Below are positions 14,703 to 29,391 of a stretch of DNA of 64,000 nt, piece by piece. The translations under genes and the position numbers were made by a program. The stretch is from Chrysomallon squamiferum. Its lineage: Eukaryota > Animalia > Mollusca. The stretch covers positions 1,674,001 to 1,738,000 of the forward strand of contig CM022673.1 in the NCBI GenBank assembly GCA_012295275.1, read 5' to 3'. The notes under the pieces are model-generated. The model had not been told where the DNA came from and did not search any database. It was given only the letters and a program-made list of their open reading frames with translations. The first letter of the stretch is position 1; the number at the start of each line of letters is the position of its first letter.

Positions 14703-15646
14703 AGAATCTTAGATAAGCCCTTCAACAATAAAGCTACAGCCTCTTTTAATAATACAATGAATACAATAATGATTAAATAAGACCGGGGGGGGGGAGAAGG
14801 AAAACCCAGAACAAACCTCCATAAAAATAAACACACACATACAAAAACCTAAACAAAACAAAGAACAAGAACAGCAACAACAATAATAATATAATCTTTT
14901 ATCGTTTATTTGTATTTATTTATTCATTTGTATAACATTTCAGTAACGTGTGTGTCATTTTTAAACTTCTAATAATTAGATTTAATATTTCCCTTTAAAT
15001 ACATTCTGTAACACCTTGATTAGTTCAACGTCACGTTTCATCGTCTATTACTATTTAACGTAATACAAAGTGTTACATCATATATAATAAATATATATAT
15101 CTATTTTTAAAAAAATCAAATAATCAACAAGTTTCTCTTCTTAAATTTATACTAATTAATTAAATAGAAATATATTTCATTAAATAAATGACTATGAAAT
15201 TTCTAGGATAATAATTATTATTTAAACTGAATATCAAAAAGCCGCAACCAAATCTTTCTCGAGCAAGAGCGACAACCAAACTAAAAGTTGACCGCAGCAC
15301 TCTTCAATTTATCTGAAAGCAAAAATATAGTGCAACGGTCTTTCATTTTTAAAATCATCAAAATTAATATTTAATTTTGTGAAATTACAACATCTGTACA
15401 CATGTATTATTTAAAGCTCCCGTGGAATTTAAATTATTCTCAGATACATTATTTCATTTTTTTGTTTCATGAACAGAACAACAACAACATTCGCGTATGA
15501 AAATTGATTAGGCCCGGTGGTGTTTTGTACTTTCCGAGTCTAACAGTATTTGATTATTTGATTACAGTGTGGATTAACAAATTAACTAAAAACAAAATCT
15601 GGGAATTCGACGTTGATTATATTTAGAACAGTGTGACACATTCAAG

Positions 15647-18600
15647 ATGGCAAGAGCCGATCTTAACGCAATCCAGTCGAAACTTAAACAGGCGATCCAA
15701 AACCATCAGGTAGGCCTACTGAGAAACTTCTTTCAAAGCCAGAGATTATCGATCGCCTTGCCCATTGACAAGTTTTTGTGACAAAGTTGCAAAATTACTC
15801 TTAAATACCAAAATTATTTTTCTTATTAAATAATAATTGTTTTGAGACAAAATACATGGAATCTAGAGGATCTATGTTTTATATTGCGTTAGAAAACGTC
15901 TTGTTTCCATGGGTGCGACAGGTCCATACCATAGTGATGCGCTTTCGTATTCTTAGCATATTTATAATGTAATCGAAAAAGTAAACTTTATTGATAAAAA
16001 CAAAAAATATATATCAAGATAATTTTATTTAGTATGTAATTTATTCATTTTGTTTGCAGAAGCTTGTTGTCAAGATGAAAGCTGACCCAGAGGTAAGATA
16101 TTTGCGTTTTTTGCCACTTTTGTACAAGCTCATCAACAACCCTGCTTGTTCTCTCTGCTATCATCAGCCAACTTATTGATTTTTGTTGTGGAAACTTTTA
16201 GTGCGGCCATTTTCTACACGTAACTGTTATCAGATTTATTGCTTCTACTGTTAAAATGTATAATTATGTTTTCTTTTTCTAGAATTCTGGGTTGAGAAAA
16301 AAAATTCATCATCTGCAAGGAGAAATAATGGTGCTAAGTGATGAACAAGTAAGTTAAAATTATTTAATTTTTTTCACCTTTGTCACTGATAACAGAAGTT
16401 CTGTGACCTACTATGGAAAGCTAATGCAGCAGGAATTTATTGATTTTTATATTTTTCCTTCTTCATAATTTCCATAACTTTTATCTTTTCTTTCCACATG
16501 GAATTTTAGACTAAAATAAATTTAAATATTGCCTCAGTTATAGCTTTGGTTCACATAATTTTTTTTTACAGATTTTAAAACTTATAATGTTTTGTAAATA
16601 TTTATAATTTAAACTATAAAGTTGACAGTCTCCCAACCCTTTTTTATTGTTATTTTTTTTTTTCCATAGTGGGATATTGAAATACTGAACTTTATAGTTT
16701 TTAAATTAGAGGTATATATGCATTTAAGCTTTTATTTCATATTTTAATATCCCATTCAGGTAAATGTCAAAATATATTGTGTTAAAAGTTAATAAAAGTT
16801 AAAAACAAAGATGTTTGTTTCAATTTCTTGAAAATATTACAACTTAAACCAAGGTTATGCTTCCTGGTACTGTATACCTTTGATATAATACTCAATATTA
16901 AAAAATGTGTTAATTCATAATGACATTTATGTCTTTGTGAAACTGTGTGAAGTTTCATAATATTGTATATTTAGAATTCACTTATAAACAGTTTTAAATG
17001 GCACAGGCATAGATTAGTGGTTAAAGGGCTAGCTTCAGCTTTAGCAAGCACTTCATATTTTGCCTTTATGGCAGTTTCTCTTTTTGATCACATTTCTTCA
17101 TCAAATGTATTAAAGGCCATAGTATATATTTATTTCTGTGGAAAAATGAATATCAAATATAGATAAGAAGATCACACGAGGCAACATGTCATGTGATAAT
17201 ACATAACAAACAACTTAATTTTAAAATAGATTTATGGTATTTTGATAAATTACTTAGTAAATATAATATTGAATCTTGAAAAAAACATGAGAACAAATTT
17301 AGCTGCAGTTAATGAAATAAGAAATAAAATAAAATAAAAGAAATACTGATGCCTGACAGATAGTTTTGATAGAAGCAATATCTTAAGTTTACACATGGTT
17401 TTTAAAACCATTTCCTTATTAAGAAAAATCATAGATATAACCTTGCAAAAATTCATTATGTTTTTAAATAGTGAAATATTTAAGCTAATTAATTTTTTTT
17501 TTAATGTTTTTTAGTATGTTTAGTTAAGATTGTAATTAATATAGTATTCTAATTTGTCTATAAACTTCTTTAATATATTCGTTTGAGACAGTTTTATTAT
17601 TCAGACTAACATGTTGCAAGCATTAGATCTGTACTTCAACTTTATTTAACTTGTACTCAACATTTTAAACGAGGCAGGGTCCACACTTTTTCCAAGCTGG
17701 AGAGCAAAAACAGTATCCCAGCTTCTTTAACTTGGTGCCATTGAAGTGAACATGCTGCATGGCATATTTTAGTACCCAAAGCTATTAGAATGAGCTTTCT
17801 AATGACATGTGGCAAGACTGGAACAAAAAAAAAAATTGCAACATATTTTTCTTGAAAAATCAACTTCAAACTTAAATTACATTGCAACGTATTTACACCC
17901 AACATTCATATTTTACAATAATTGAACTTCAGGAGGGTTTCTGGGTTTTCACCCTTTGATCTCTCCATGGGGTAGGTTGCGGAAGTTGACTTTGATTGAT
18001 ACTTGAAAATCAGCTTGTAGCTGCCACTTCTTGCTTTACGTTCAGTGTTAATTACTGAAACACATTATTTGGTTTTAATTTAAGTGATCCAAGTTATAAA
18101 AAGAAAGTCAAGAAATATACTTAGACTTATTACTGCATCCAGCAACAAAATGTTGGTTCAACATATGCAGGCTTCTGGTTTAGTATTAACACTGCATACT
18201 ACTTTCTAAATTATCGCTATCATGTAAATGTCAAGTAAAAACTCCTCTCAGTACTGCACTGATCATATTTAAAATGGAATAGTTGATTATCTTTATTCAC
18301 TCAAAATCCATATAAAAGGTTTTAAGTTATTGCCATTTATGTGTTCTGCTATGTGGTGATAATCTGTTTATATCTGCATAAGTCATTTTGGCCTTTTCCT
18401 CACTTCTGGAGGACTGTGTCATCATGCAGAAGACAATTATTGTCAAAACAAATACTGTTGCCCTCTAGATGAATTTCTTTCAGGCTTTTAAATCCCACAC
18501 AATACTGATCATCAGAAATAGAAAGAAACTGTCAAAAATGGTAGTTTTTTGCACTTTTATCATTTTATATATTTGTCTTTCTCATTTCCATGATTTGACA

Positions 18601-21600
18601 TTTTTTTGATATTGCATATTCAACCTTGAAAATTTGTGAGGTAATTCTTGTGATACTGCTAAAATAGATCTCCATATATGGTCACTGTCATTTGTTAATT
18701 AATCATGTTAATGTTTGTTACTAGTTGCTGAAAATGGCTTATATCACATTTGCATATGTTGCGACATTTCATCAGTATTCAAAGCATCATATCTCAAAAA
18801 CTAAGCAAGATAGAAAATAATTCTTTATTGTATTCAAAAACCAAAAAATCAAAAATAGAAATTTAAAATTTGGGCTGGCGCTACCTATTAACAGGTAGTA
18901 CAATAAATAAAAATCAAAGAAAAAATGTCTAATACTAGAGAAAAATGTAAATTAGAAATGTTACTATTATTAAAAAAATAAATTATAACTGTTATAACTG
19001 AATGAAGAAAAACCAGTATACTGAGATAATTAGGATTATAATTAGAAATAATGATATTTAGCATTAAAAGAGCTCATGACATTTGGGTATGTCTAATAAA
19101 TCAAAATATTGAGATTTATGTACTTCCCCTGTTTGTTCTCTTTGTTTGTCGGATGTGGTTTAAATACATTTTTTTTTGTAGTGTATTTAGTATATTTTCT
19201 CTTTTGAAAATGGCTTATAGAATAAAACTCATTATAACAGAGTTCAGGCAAATACTGTCAATCACATTTTAAAACTGGTACACATAGAAATGTATTCATA
19301 CTCTGTTTTAGAATACTTCTCTCTACCTGTATGATTATCACTAAGTTACCAGTTAATACTTATATTTGATGATATTTCACTATGAAATTTTCCTCTTTTA
19401 CACAAATTTAAGAATAATTTAATTAAACATCCATGAATGGTTTTGTTTTACTTATCTAAAATGCTAAATAAAAGGCTTAATTTGTTTCCATATATGTAGT
19501 TCTTATTAAATAAATGTTTCCAAAGAAGATGTCTACTGACTAATATTAAATTTCTTAAATTATCATTCCAATTCCTCCATCCTTGATTACAGGCCTATAT
19601 GCTTAAAGATTATTTATAATATATAATGTATTTGATTTACATTGACCAACTAAAATGAAGTCATTGTGTTAAGTCTAGAAGCATGAAATATTCCCTGAAA
19701 CAGTGATAACAAGTATAATTTAAATTAGAATAGATTCTCTTTTATTAGACATGTGTTATGTTAATAAATCTTAAGTAATTCTTTCTTTGTTAATATTACT
19801 TATTTCATATTAAAAGGATAGTCTGGTTTTAATTTTGAATGAATTTGTGTTCATTTTTTGGTAAATTAATACATTTTTAAGATTAATTTATATATATATA
19901 TGTATATTGTTTTTAGAAAAATATAGTGCAGAATTTGCGGAAGGAATTGGTAAAACCGCAACCCTTGGCACCAAAACCAGTTAGCACTCCTGCTAGTCAA
20001 GCTGCGATACTTCCAAGACCACCACAGCCAGTGCAGAGTCAAGCGATTATCATCCCCACCAACCTGCCACCTGCATTTACTGTGACCGTGCCAGCTGCCC
20101 ATGTGAAAGTAAGTGTGTTCACTATTCACACTGCATTTATTTTATTTATGTAATTTGGTAAATTGAATGGTGAAGTTCATTTTACCTAATCATTTACTTT
20201 TATTTTTCAAATGTGTGGGCATTTACGAGTGGAAATTAATGTATGTAGCTCATTTTTCATTTTTGTGCAGGGTCAAGTGTGCAACAATCCTCTCCAGCAG
20301 CTAGCTGCACAACTGGTCAGCAGTGGTCAGACACTTACTATTCAGCCAATTATTGGCCAAAACATTCAAGCCACCGATCTGACCAACTGCAAAATGGTGT
20401 GGACTACACTGCCACAGGCTGTGACTGTGAATAACAACATTCCTCTTAAAGCAACTCCGCCATCTACGCCAACTTCAAGAAGTTCTTCCCCACCAATTCG
20501 TGTGCCACAATACCACATCAATACCAACAAGTCTCCTACACAGGTTATTTTTATACTGTACATCTATAGGAAGCTAGACTGTACATGTGAAAATTCAGTA
20601 GTCTCTTTGAAGAAAAGAGAAATAGTTCCATCTTAAATTTTTAAATTTATTTTTATTTGTTTACAGAAAAAAAATCCAAGCTAAAAACCGATAAGAAAAA
20701 AGCCACTTAACAAATTTAATAATTTAGAATTTTTGTGTTATACTGCTGATGGGTTTTTGTTATTTTTTTATAGTAAAATGTTATATTTAGTTTTTTGTCA
20801 GTTTCACAAATGATTCAGTTAACAGAGGTTTAGTCTTTTCTATGACAAAATATCAAAATCTGATTATATAAATCAATGCAAAATAGACAGATTTATGAGG
20901 TAATATTGTAAACTAAATTCATTTTCACACCACTCGTGGAGAATATTAAATATTTTGGAAAAATGATAGGAGCATTTACCTGCTGAAGTGTAATCCTAGA
21001 GGTTTTCTTATCTGGTATTACAGTTATTTGCTTGCTGTATATATATTTTATGTTAATGTAAAAATCTTGTATTTGTGATTTCAGGCAACACAGGCATTGC
21101 AGAATCATGATGACAACCTGATGCCTCCTCCGCCTGAAACAAAACGTCGGAAATTCTCAGACTCAGAGTTGCCTGAAAAAGTGCTTAAAGATATCAGGGT
21201 GAATGTCGATAAACCAACATACTCTCCTGAAGAGAGACGGGTAAGCACTGTACGTTTAAATATATTTCAAGAAATATAGTTAAGAAATAGTGCAGAAAAA
21301 AAAAAAAAAAATTAAAATTAAAATAAAAATAAAAACAGTAAAACAGCTACAGAAAAATTGTTATTATAGCAAGTTCTGGAATCCAGATTTTATTGCCAGA
21401 TTTGTTACACTGAGCTGAAAAACTGACTTAAGAAAATTAAAACATTGCTAGCTTTGCTAGAAGTGTTTATATATTGTTTATTATGTGACTCTTTCAATAA
21501 TATGTTCACTTTTAAGCAGTATTAATATGTTAGCGTTAAAGGAATGTTAGTAATTCAGTTACGTTTTCATTCATTTATAATAATGTTAAACATCCTCTAC

Positions 21601-23332
21601 TAAATAATAACCAACAAATTTGATAGAATTGGCATTCAATTTTAAATTAATCTGCAGTGTGTCCAACACTCCCCAGACCTGATGTTAATTTTAATCTTTC
21701 AGTGTTTAAAATTAATTTGCTTTAGTAGGTTTTTGTTTTTCTTTTTAGAAAATGGAGTTTATGGCGTCACTGGATTTGATATCCAAAGAATCACTGAAAG
21801 GTAATTATCAGGAGTTTAAAAATTTATTGAGGATATTTATAAAAAATTGTTTCTGTTTCTTACTTAGCTTATATTTGAATTAAATTTTTTATTTAAGGTT
21901 GTTTGGCTTGATGTTATTGAGAAAAAGTTAAAATAAAAATGTAGGTTTTGTGTCCAATAAAATTTAAATTTTATTTAAAAAATGAAATTCCAAATAGGAA
22001 AAAAATGTCAGTGTTGTGTTTTCTATCCAAGAAATGAACTGTTATATCTGATGACTATAACTGTTGTATTTTAATGATAATCTAAAATTATAAATGTTGT
22101 CAATTTGTTTTCAGAACTCCAAGGGCGTAGAACGGAACGAAAACGTCGATCAACCGCCAATCCACAGTTCACATACCAGCTGGACCAAGCAGTACGCTGT
22201 TTTTACCTTTTTTATTATATAAAAAATATACTAAATTACCTTCTTTTTTCTTTATTAGAATTAATGTTTAATATTTTTGTAGAAATAGCTATACTGCAGA
22301 CAAAAACAAAACAAAACAACAAAAAAAATAAAAATGCCATGTTTAATTCTGGGTTTCCAAGGTTGTTACAGGATTCAGCTGAACTACTTTGAGACTACAG
22401 ATGTAGTTTTTAATGTCAGGTCATTCTATCGTGTAAAGCTAGTTTGCAAAAATTGTGAGAAAACTGTAAAATGATAATCAAAAACGTATGACAAATTTAA
22501 TTAGTTTTTTCTTTTGGGAAATAATTTTTCAAAGGGTTAAATTTCATCAAAGCAGTTATCAGAAAACTGGTGTATTAGCAAATTATTTTATTTCATTTTA
22601 TTTAAATTGTTTCTCTTCCATCAGAGAAAGAAGGTTGCTAACTATTTGCTCACTTCTCCTCGTCCTGCCAAGAGACCGAGAGGTAAATTTTATCAAATAA
22701 AGATCAAATAAACTGTTTTAAATTTGGACAAGTCAACTTTGTTTCTACTATTTTGTTAATTTTTTTTTTTTTTTCTTCTAGTTTAAGACATTAGGAGCAG
22801 TTAATATTTAATGGAATTTTAGAAAATGATAAATAAATCGTATTTATAACAGTTTTTAAAAATTTAAGTCAGAAATGACAAAATACAGACTTGTGTTTTA
22901 ACATTCCAGTTATAATTTAATTCTATACAGAACATTTAACTTTCAGAATCTACTATGTTTTAATATTCACTGTGATGTTTTGTTTGCAGGTCGACCACCA
23001 AAACATGGCCGTTCTTCCAACAACAGCAGTCCTAACACACCGGATTCAACAGAGGGTTCAGGTGACTGGAAGAATGGATTCCTAAACGTATGTTGTTCTT
23101 GACTCATCTTTTTGTTTTGTTTTACTGAGAATAATATTTATTTTGAAATTTCAAGAATGATGACAATTTCTGCCTTTTATAATGTGGTTTTATGATTTCA
23201 TACGTTCCGGTGCATTCTAAATTATATTTTGTATGTTTTTTGTTATGTGTTTTAAGTGTTTAAAACTAATAGGTATTGTATGTGAAAATAATGAGATAAA
23301 GGTTGTATCATTATAGTAAATTATTATGTTTT

Positions 23333-23413
<81 letters not shown>

Positions 23414-25543
23414 TTTATTTATTTATTTATTTATTGGATTTATTTTTTTTATCTTTATTATTACTTTTTGTAACCAAGATTATTAACAGTTAAAAAAAAC
23501 ACCCAAAAAACAAAAACAAACATATATGGTTTTACTTCAATATTTTCCTTCATTTAGGGCAGCACTCCTGTTGACTGCTGTGTAATTTGTGGCAAAGATA
23601 GCGACCTCATTATGTGCAATGCTTGTAACAGGATGTACCACCCCTACTGTGTAACACCACCAATTGTTACACTCCCTCAAGGCATCTGGAACTGTGCAAA
23701 ATGCCAGGTAATGTACAGCTCAAATCTGTTTATTCACATTTAAATTTAATAACTACGGTTCAGTCATACTTCAATTTGTTGTTAATATTCCACTTGCAAG
23801 CTTACTTAATTGCTGCTGTTTTATTTAACTGAGTAAATTAAGAGGCTTAGACAAAGCAATAATAATAACTGGAATTCTTTTCATTAATAATTTTTGTTGG
23901 TAGTTTCAATTTGAAGAATGATAATTTTAATTTTCTAACTTTAATATGTATATATATATTTTTTTTGTTAAAATAAAGTCCTCTCTGTGTAATCTTAGTA
24001 ATACATTAAAAACATTTCACTGTATATAAAAATAAAAGTTAATTAAAAAAAATAAAATATTAGTTAATTAAAATATTTTGTTCATAACAGTTTAGATTAC
24101 AAGAGCATTCTATTACCAATCTAGAAAACTGTTTTTTGTCTTGCAGCCAAATGGCAAACATACCCTTGATCCTTCAGGCCTTTGCAATGTTAATTCATAT
24201 ATAACAGCCAAAGCAGGTAATATTTCCATTACAACATGTTATATTTGTAGTACTTTTTATGTTCATAGCATAAGTAACAGAGCTTAGTTTTGAAGATGAA
24301 ACAGGTTTTTATTTTATGTGAACAGGATCCAGTTTTGTAAGATTCATGTTTCAGACTATAAAATTATTTCCCTTGATTTGCAATATATATTTGAGAATGG
24401 TTTGTCTGAGTATATAAATACCAAACATTTTCCATCAGTACTTAATGCATAATTAAATAAATAAATTCTTTGTTACTTACAGTTTTCTTGGGGTTTTTTT
24501 AATTATAGATCTAGGATACACATTTTGTTTCATAAAGCCTTGCTATATTTGTTAAGGTGAATACATTTTTTTAAGGATTTGCAAAAATAAGATAAAAACT
24601 AATAAAATCACAGTATTCCAGAATTGTTACATATTTTTCTTAATATTAAGATATTAAATTTAAATTTAAATTCATTTTGATAATAACTAAGTTTTATTTA
24701 AAATAAAACCAAATTATTATTTTTTCTTCAGCAAAGGAAGATGAAAAAAGAAAACTGAGAAAGAGGAATGCAGAATTGGCCAACGAAAAAACACAGCTGG
24801 AAGTAAAACGAAAAAAACTGCAGGACAATTTCCAGGTAATTTATGAAAAAATCAACTCTATAAAACAGCAGAAATCAAGTTTGCATATATTTCTTTTAAA
24901 TTTGTTTTTGAAAACGGTGATTATAAATGAACATTATTATTATTATTATTTTCTTAATAATAAATGTTAGTCATAGAATAAAATAACTAAAAATAATTTT
25001 GCTAACATTTTGAATTTTGGAACAGTTTTAATTCCAAGCCAGGATAAAAGCCTAAATCCATTTCTCCAGTTTGGATGCTTTTATTTTCTATCTCTCTTTT
25101 TAAAAAGATTAGAGAAAATTTTCAACATGATCTTATACTTTATATTTTTATGTTTTATTGTTAAAATATAGCATTGGACAAAGAAATAGGATTATTATTA
25201 TCATTATTTTTAAATACTGTCAAAAAGTTCATTACTTGCTATCATCATTTATATCTTGTAAATCTTAATAGTCTGGTATTGAAATCTGGAACCCAATTAT
25301 TAGTCTAATTTTTGTTTTGTTTGAGTAAAATTTCTTAGTGCACCAATGTCATGCTTTTCAGTCATCTGTTTATTAATTTATTCATTCAGTTTAACGGTTT
25401 TGATACTAGTAAGCTATTAGTGTGTTAATTATTGTTTGTAGAGACAAGTAAAAAAGAACCGTAAACTTGTAGAGGATGCAAACAAGAGACAACAATCCAT
25501 TGACAATCTGAAAAATCTGATGAAAGCTGTGAAATCAAAATAA
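15647..25543 (+). CDS. PHF21A: PHD finger protein 21A/B (BHC80)-like, 497 aa, 14 coding exons
   Basis: GT-AG exons 15647-15709, 16060-16092, 16283-16348, 19917-20108, 20271-20543, 21085-21240, 21749-21800, 22115-22191, 22625-22682, 22990-23087, 23558-23707, 24147-24216, 24732-24835, 25442-25543 (1494 nt, in frame). N-terminal coiled coil (IQNHQ-KLVVKMKADPE-NSGLRKKIHHLQ), FMASLDL..ERKRRSTANP motif, AT-hook KRPRGRPPK, C4HC3 PHD finger, C-terminal coiled coil (YITAKAAKEDEKRKL). Probably co-ortholog of vertebrate PHF21A and PHF21B. Confidence 0.95.
23335..23430. repeat. Compound (ATT)n(AGT)n(ATTT)n microsatellite
   Basis: Direct inspection. Confidence 0.9.
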
Positions 25544-28500
25544 ATACAAGGCCAAGACAAGGAAAGATACTGTATACTTGAACCTGATACTCAACATGAA
25601 ATTGTTTTTTAAAAAAAAAACTACAAAAAAACAACATTGTTTCATTAATCAGAAGAGCGATTACTTCATTTTTTGTGTTTTTTTTTTTTACCTGGGAATA
25701 CCTCTTGATTTCCTTGGGTCATAATGAATTTTTTATTTTTATAATGTATTTCATTAGTGATATGCTTTATGTTCACTTACATCATGCCAAGTACAAACTA
25801 TATCTTCAGAAGTATATCCTTGTATTATTATTAAAAAAAATGTTGATTAGTAAAGTACTAGCTTTTATGTCATAAAAATGCTAAATTGTGACTTATTAAT
25901 TTATTTTTGATTTTTTAATAACATCCACAGATAATTATTATATGTGGAATGCAATACATCATTCATATTTTATATTTAAAAAAAAGAAAAAAAGAATTAT
26001 AAATTATATATATATTTTTTTAATATATTTCTTAAGTAACTAATTACTTTCCACTTAATACATAAAGTCAAGCTGGTAGATAAATATTCATGGCAGCACA
26101 ACCCACCCCAAAAATAACAACAAACAATTGTGCTCTACTTCTCAAAATACTTTAGTGTTAGTTAGCTAAAATAGAAAAAAAAGAAGTTAAAAATTAAAAA
26201 TTCTTTCAGTAGTCAGATTGTGCCATGGCTTTTTTCCCCTTTGTTTTTCTTCTTTTTTTTCCCTTCTTTTTTCTTTCTTTTCTTTTCTTTTTGTTATTTA
26301 CCTATTTTTTTCTTTTTCTTTTACTAGTCAAAGTCAGCTTGCCTTTGATATCATACTTGAAATTTTGCCCTAAATATGAAAAATTATAGAAAACCATATC
26401 TCATATGAAGTCACACATACATCATGATCCACTTTATCTATTAGTATAAGAAACTATCATAGATTTAAAAAAAAAAAAAACAACAACAACCAGTAAATAA
26501 ATAAATAAATAAATAAAAAAAACCTAGAGAAACTCCACCCTGTACTGTAAGATAATTATTTATTATTATTATTATTATTTTTTTTTTATTCTGTTTCTAA
26601 ATGCTGGATGTGTCCATGTGTATCTGTGTGTGTGCACATATGTGAGAGAGGGTGTTTAAAGATAAATAGTTGTGAATGCATACATGTATGTGGGTGTGTA
26701 TGTGTGAACTGAAGTGAAGAACATATCCAGCTTACTTGTTAGTATATAAATAATATGCTAAAAGCCATTACTGTAGATTTAAAAAAAAAAATATATTTTT
26801 GTGCTTGTTTGTGTGTGTGTGTTTGTGTGTGTATGTGTGTGGGTCTATAAGAGTGTGAATCAGTTAAGTGATTGTATCTAATTTATTTGTTAAAAAGTAA
26901 AACTTTTTTCTTCTTTTTTTTCAATTAATACATAAAAATTATACAAACAGTTTAAGTTATTGAAGTTGCTATTAGTAATCTACTCTTTGTTTATATTTCT
27001 TCTGTCCAACCTTTTGATTTACTCTTTAGAATGAAAAACTTGTATAAATTTTGTAATGTGATTGTTAAGGAAATTCTGTATTTTGAGAAATGAATAACAT
27101 GTTTTTGTGATTTTTTTTCCCCTTTTTTTTGGTTTTTTTGTTTGTTTTTTTTGTTTTGTTTTTTTGTTTTTTAGATTAATATTCTTTTAAAAACAATTAT
27201 TTTGTCCAGCCTTAATAATGGTTGTGAAAAATTAAAAGATAAAAAAATTAAACAAAAAGCCTTTTAAAATGCAGTTACTATGTTGATTATTTATTGTTGT
27301 CTTGCTGGATGTAAATCCATTAATAAAATTTGTACATAAACTTTCCATTTTATGATGAAGAAGTGAATGACAAAATGTCAAAACAGTGCAATTTTTATGT
27401 ATTTTATTGTGATTTTGAAACTTTCATTCCTTTTGCTTGTCTGTCCATTGTAATATTAACAAAAGGCACCTTAATGTACACTTACATAGATCTTAAAAAA
27501 AAAAAAAAAAAAAAAAAAATCAAAATATTAAAAATGAATTTTATATATTTTTATATGTATTCTAGCCATTTTGCTTCTTAGCTAATGTATTAGTTTTTAA
27601 TTGCAATTTTTTTACATCTGCATGAGTGAACATGAACTATGACAATGCTTAATGTTTATTGTCAGTTTATTGTATTATTTATTTATTTAATTATTAATTT
27701 AATGTATTATTACTATTATGATTTTTTTACTTTTATGATTGTAAAAGTACTAACTGAACTCTGAAGTCAGGTTTTATTTTTTTATTATCCAAAATTTCTT
27801 TTAATATATGCAGTCTGAATAAACATCAAATGGTAAATGAAGCCTTTTTTTCAATTTAAAAGTCTTCCACCATATTTGTAGGCTTTAGACCTGCTTTCAG
27901 AATTTTAGCAGAGTGGCAGAATATTAGTTTTTTTTTTTTTTTTTTTTTTTTGAAAGGCCAGAATTAAATTTCCTAAGTTAGGTATAGTTTTTAACATGGT
28001 TTTATTTAACGCTCATTTTATTTTGTGCAAGATTGCACAATTGGATTTATATACTAATTCTTAAAATGTTATATGTTCTAATTTTATTTATAATTTTTTT
28101 TTTTATGTAAGTTATGAAAAAAACATTTTTGCTATACAACTGCTATGCCATATCAACAGAATATAAAAAAAAAAAAAAAAAAAATGCAGATCATTGTTGA
28201 AAAAAAAAAAAATACTGTAATGTTGTAAATTTTGTTTCTATTTATTGTTGTTATTGTTACTGTCTTGGTGCCTTTTGTAAAAGAATATTATTACAGTACC
28301 TGTATGTATGTTTCCTTTATATCTCAAACAGGATGATGTAGAAAAATCTCTAAATTAGTTTGTCACATGTTATGTGTGTGGAAGTGTGAATCTGGTCTAT
28401 GCAGACTTTTTTCTGTTTTGTTTTGTATTATAACTAGTTAGATCTGTGAATACTGTGTGCTGTAGATGATACATGTAACACTGTTGCTCAAAGTACGTTG

Positions 28501-28615
28501 TTATCTTTAACAAACAGTTTCATAATAGAAATTAAGGTGACTGTAGCATAATTTTAACTGTTATTGCATTTATATATTTTCCATAATAATCTTACAACTG
28601 AACTAGTCAAAATAT

Positions 28616-28646
<31 letters not shown>

Positions 28647-29356
28647 TTCATTATTTTATTTATTCATTATTTTTAAGTCAAAAAATGATTGGAACAAATA
28701 GTGTGAAACATTTTATGTACTCCTAACTTTTTGGTTTGTTTGTGGAAACCTGTTTTCACTGATATCGAAACTAATTTTATACATTCCCACCACCCCACCA
28801 TTGTGCTAATGCTGATTTCCACAAACAAATCATGTGGAAGTAGTACAGAAAACAGTTTTCAGGCTGTTTGTTTGTAAGGTAGACTTTAATTCCTTTTATT
28901 TTATTTTTATTTTTTTTTTTGTCTTTCATTGTGCCTATACTCCATGTGCTTCCAGAGCATTTATCACTTAATGAGTGTATAGGTAACAATAATAATAACA
29001 ATCAAAACCATTTCAGTGCCATTCACACAATATGTTTTCAGTTGAAAGTTTATTAATGATTGTCAGAAAGGTCACTGACATAAACGTAGGTAGATCTGTT
29101 TCTTGGTAAGGTGATAGTAAGAGATTCTGTGGGAAAGATGAAACCATACAAAAGTCTTTATTACTTTGTAGGCAGTGAGTACGAGTTAAATGTTACCATA
29201 TAGCCACATATATCGTACTGTGTGAATAGTGAGGAAATTTTATTTATTTATTTATTTATTTATTATTATTATCATATTTATGTTATCATACAAAGGCATT
29301 TGACATTTGATTAAAACTGTTCTACCTTGTAGTGTAAAAAGTATTGTCAGAAATGT

Positions 29357-29391
<35 letters not shown>

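Noticed and set aside
17660-18890. Possible transposon remnants in PHF21 intron 3 (CAGGGTCCACACTTTTT; TATCTCAAAAACT...GGCGCTACCTATTAA)
   Set aside because: Resemble DNA-transposon fragments but I could not find matching termini or TSDs.
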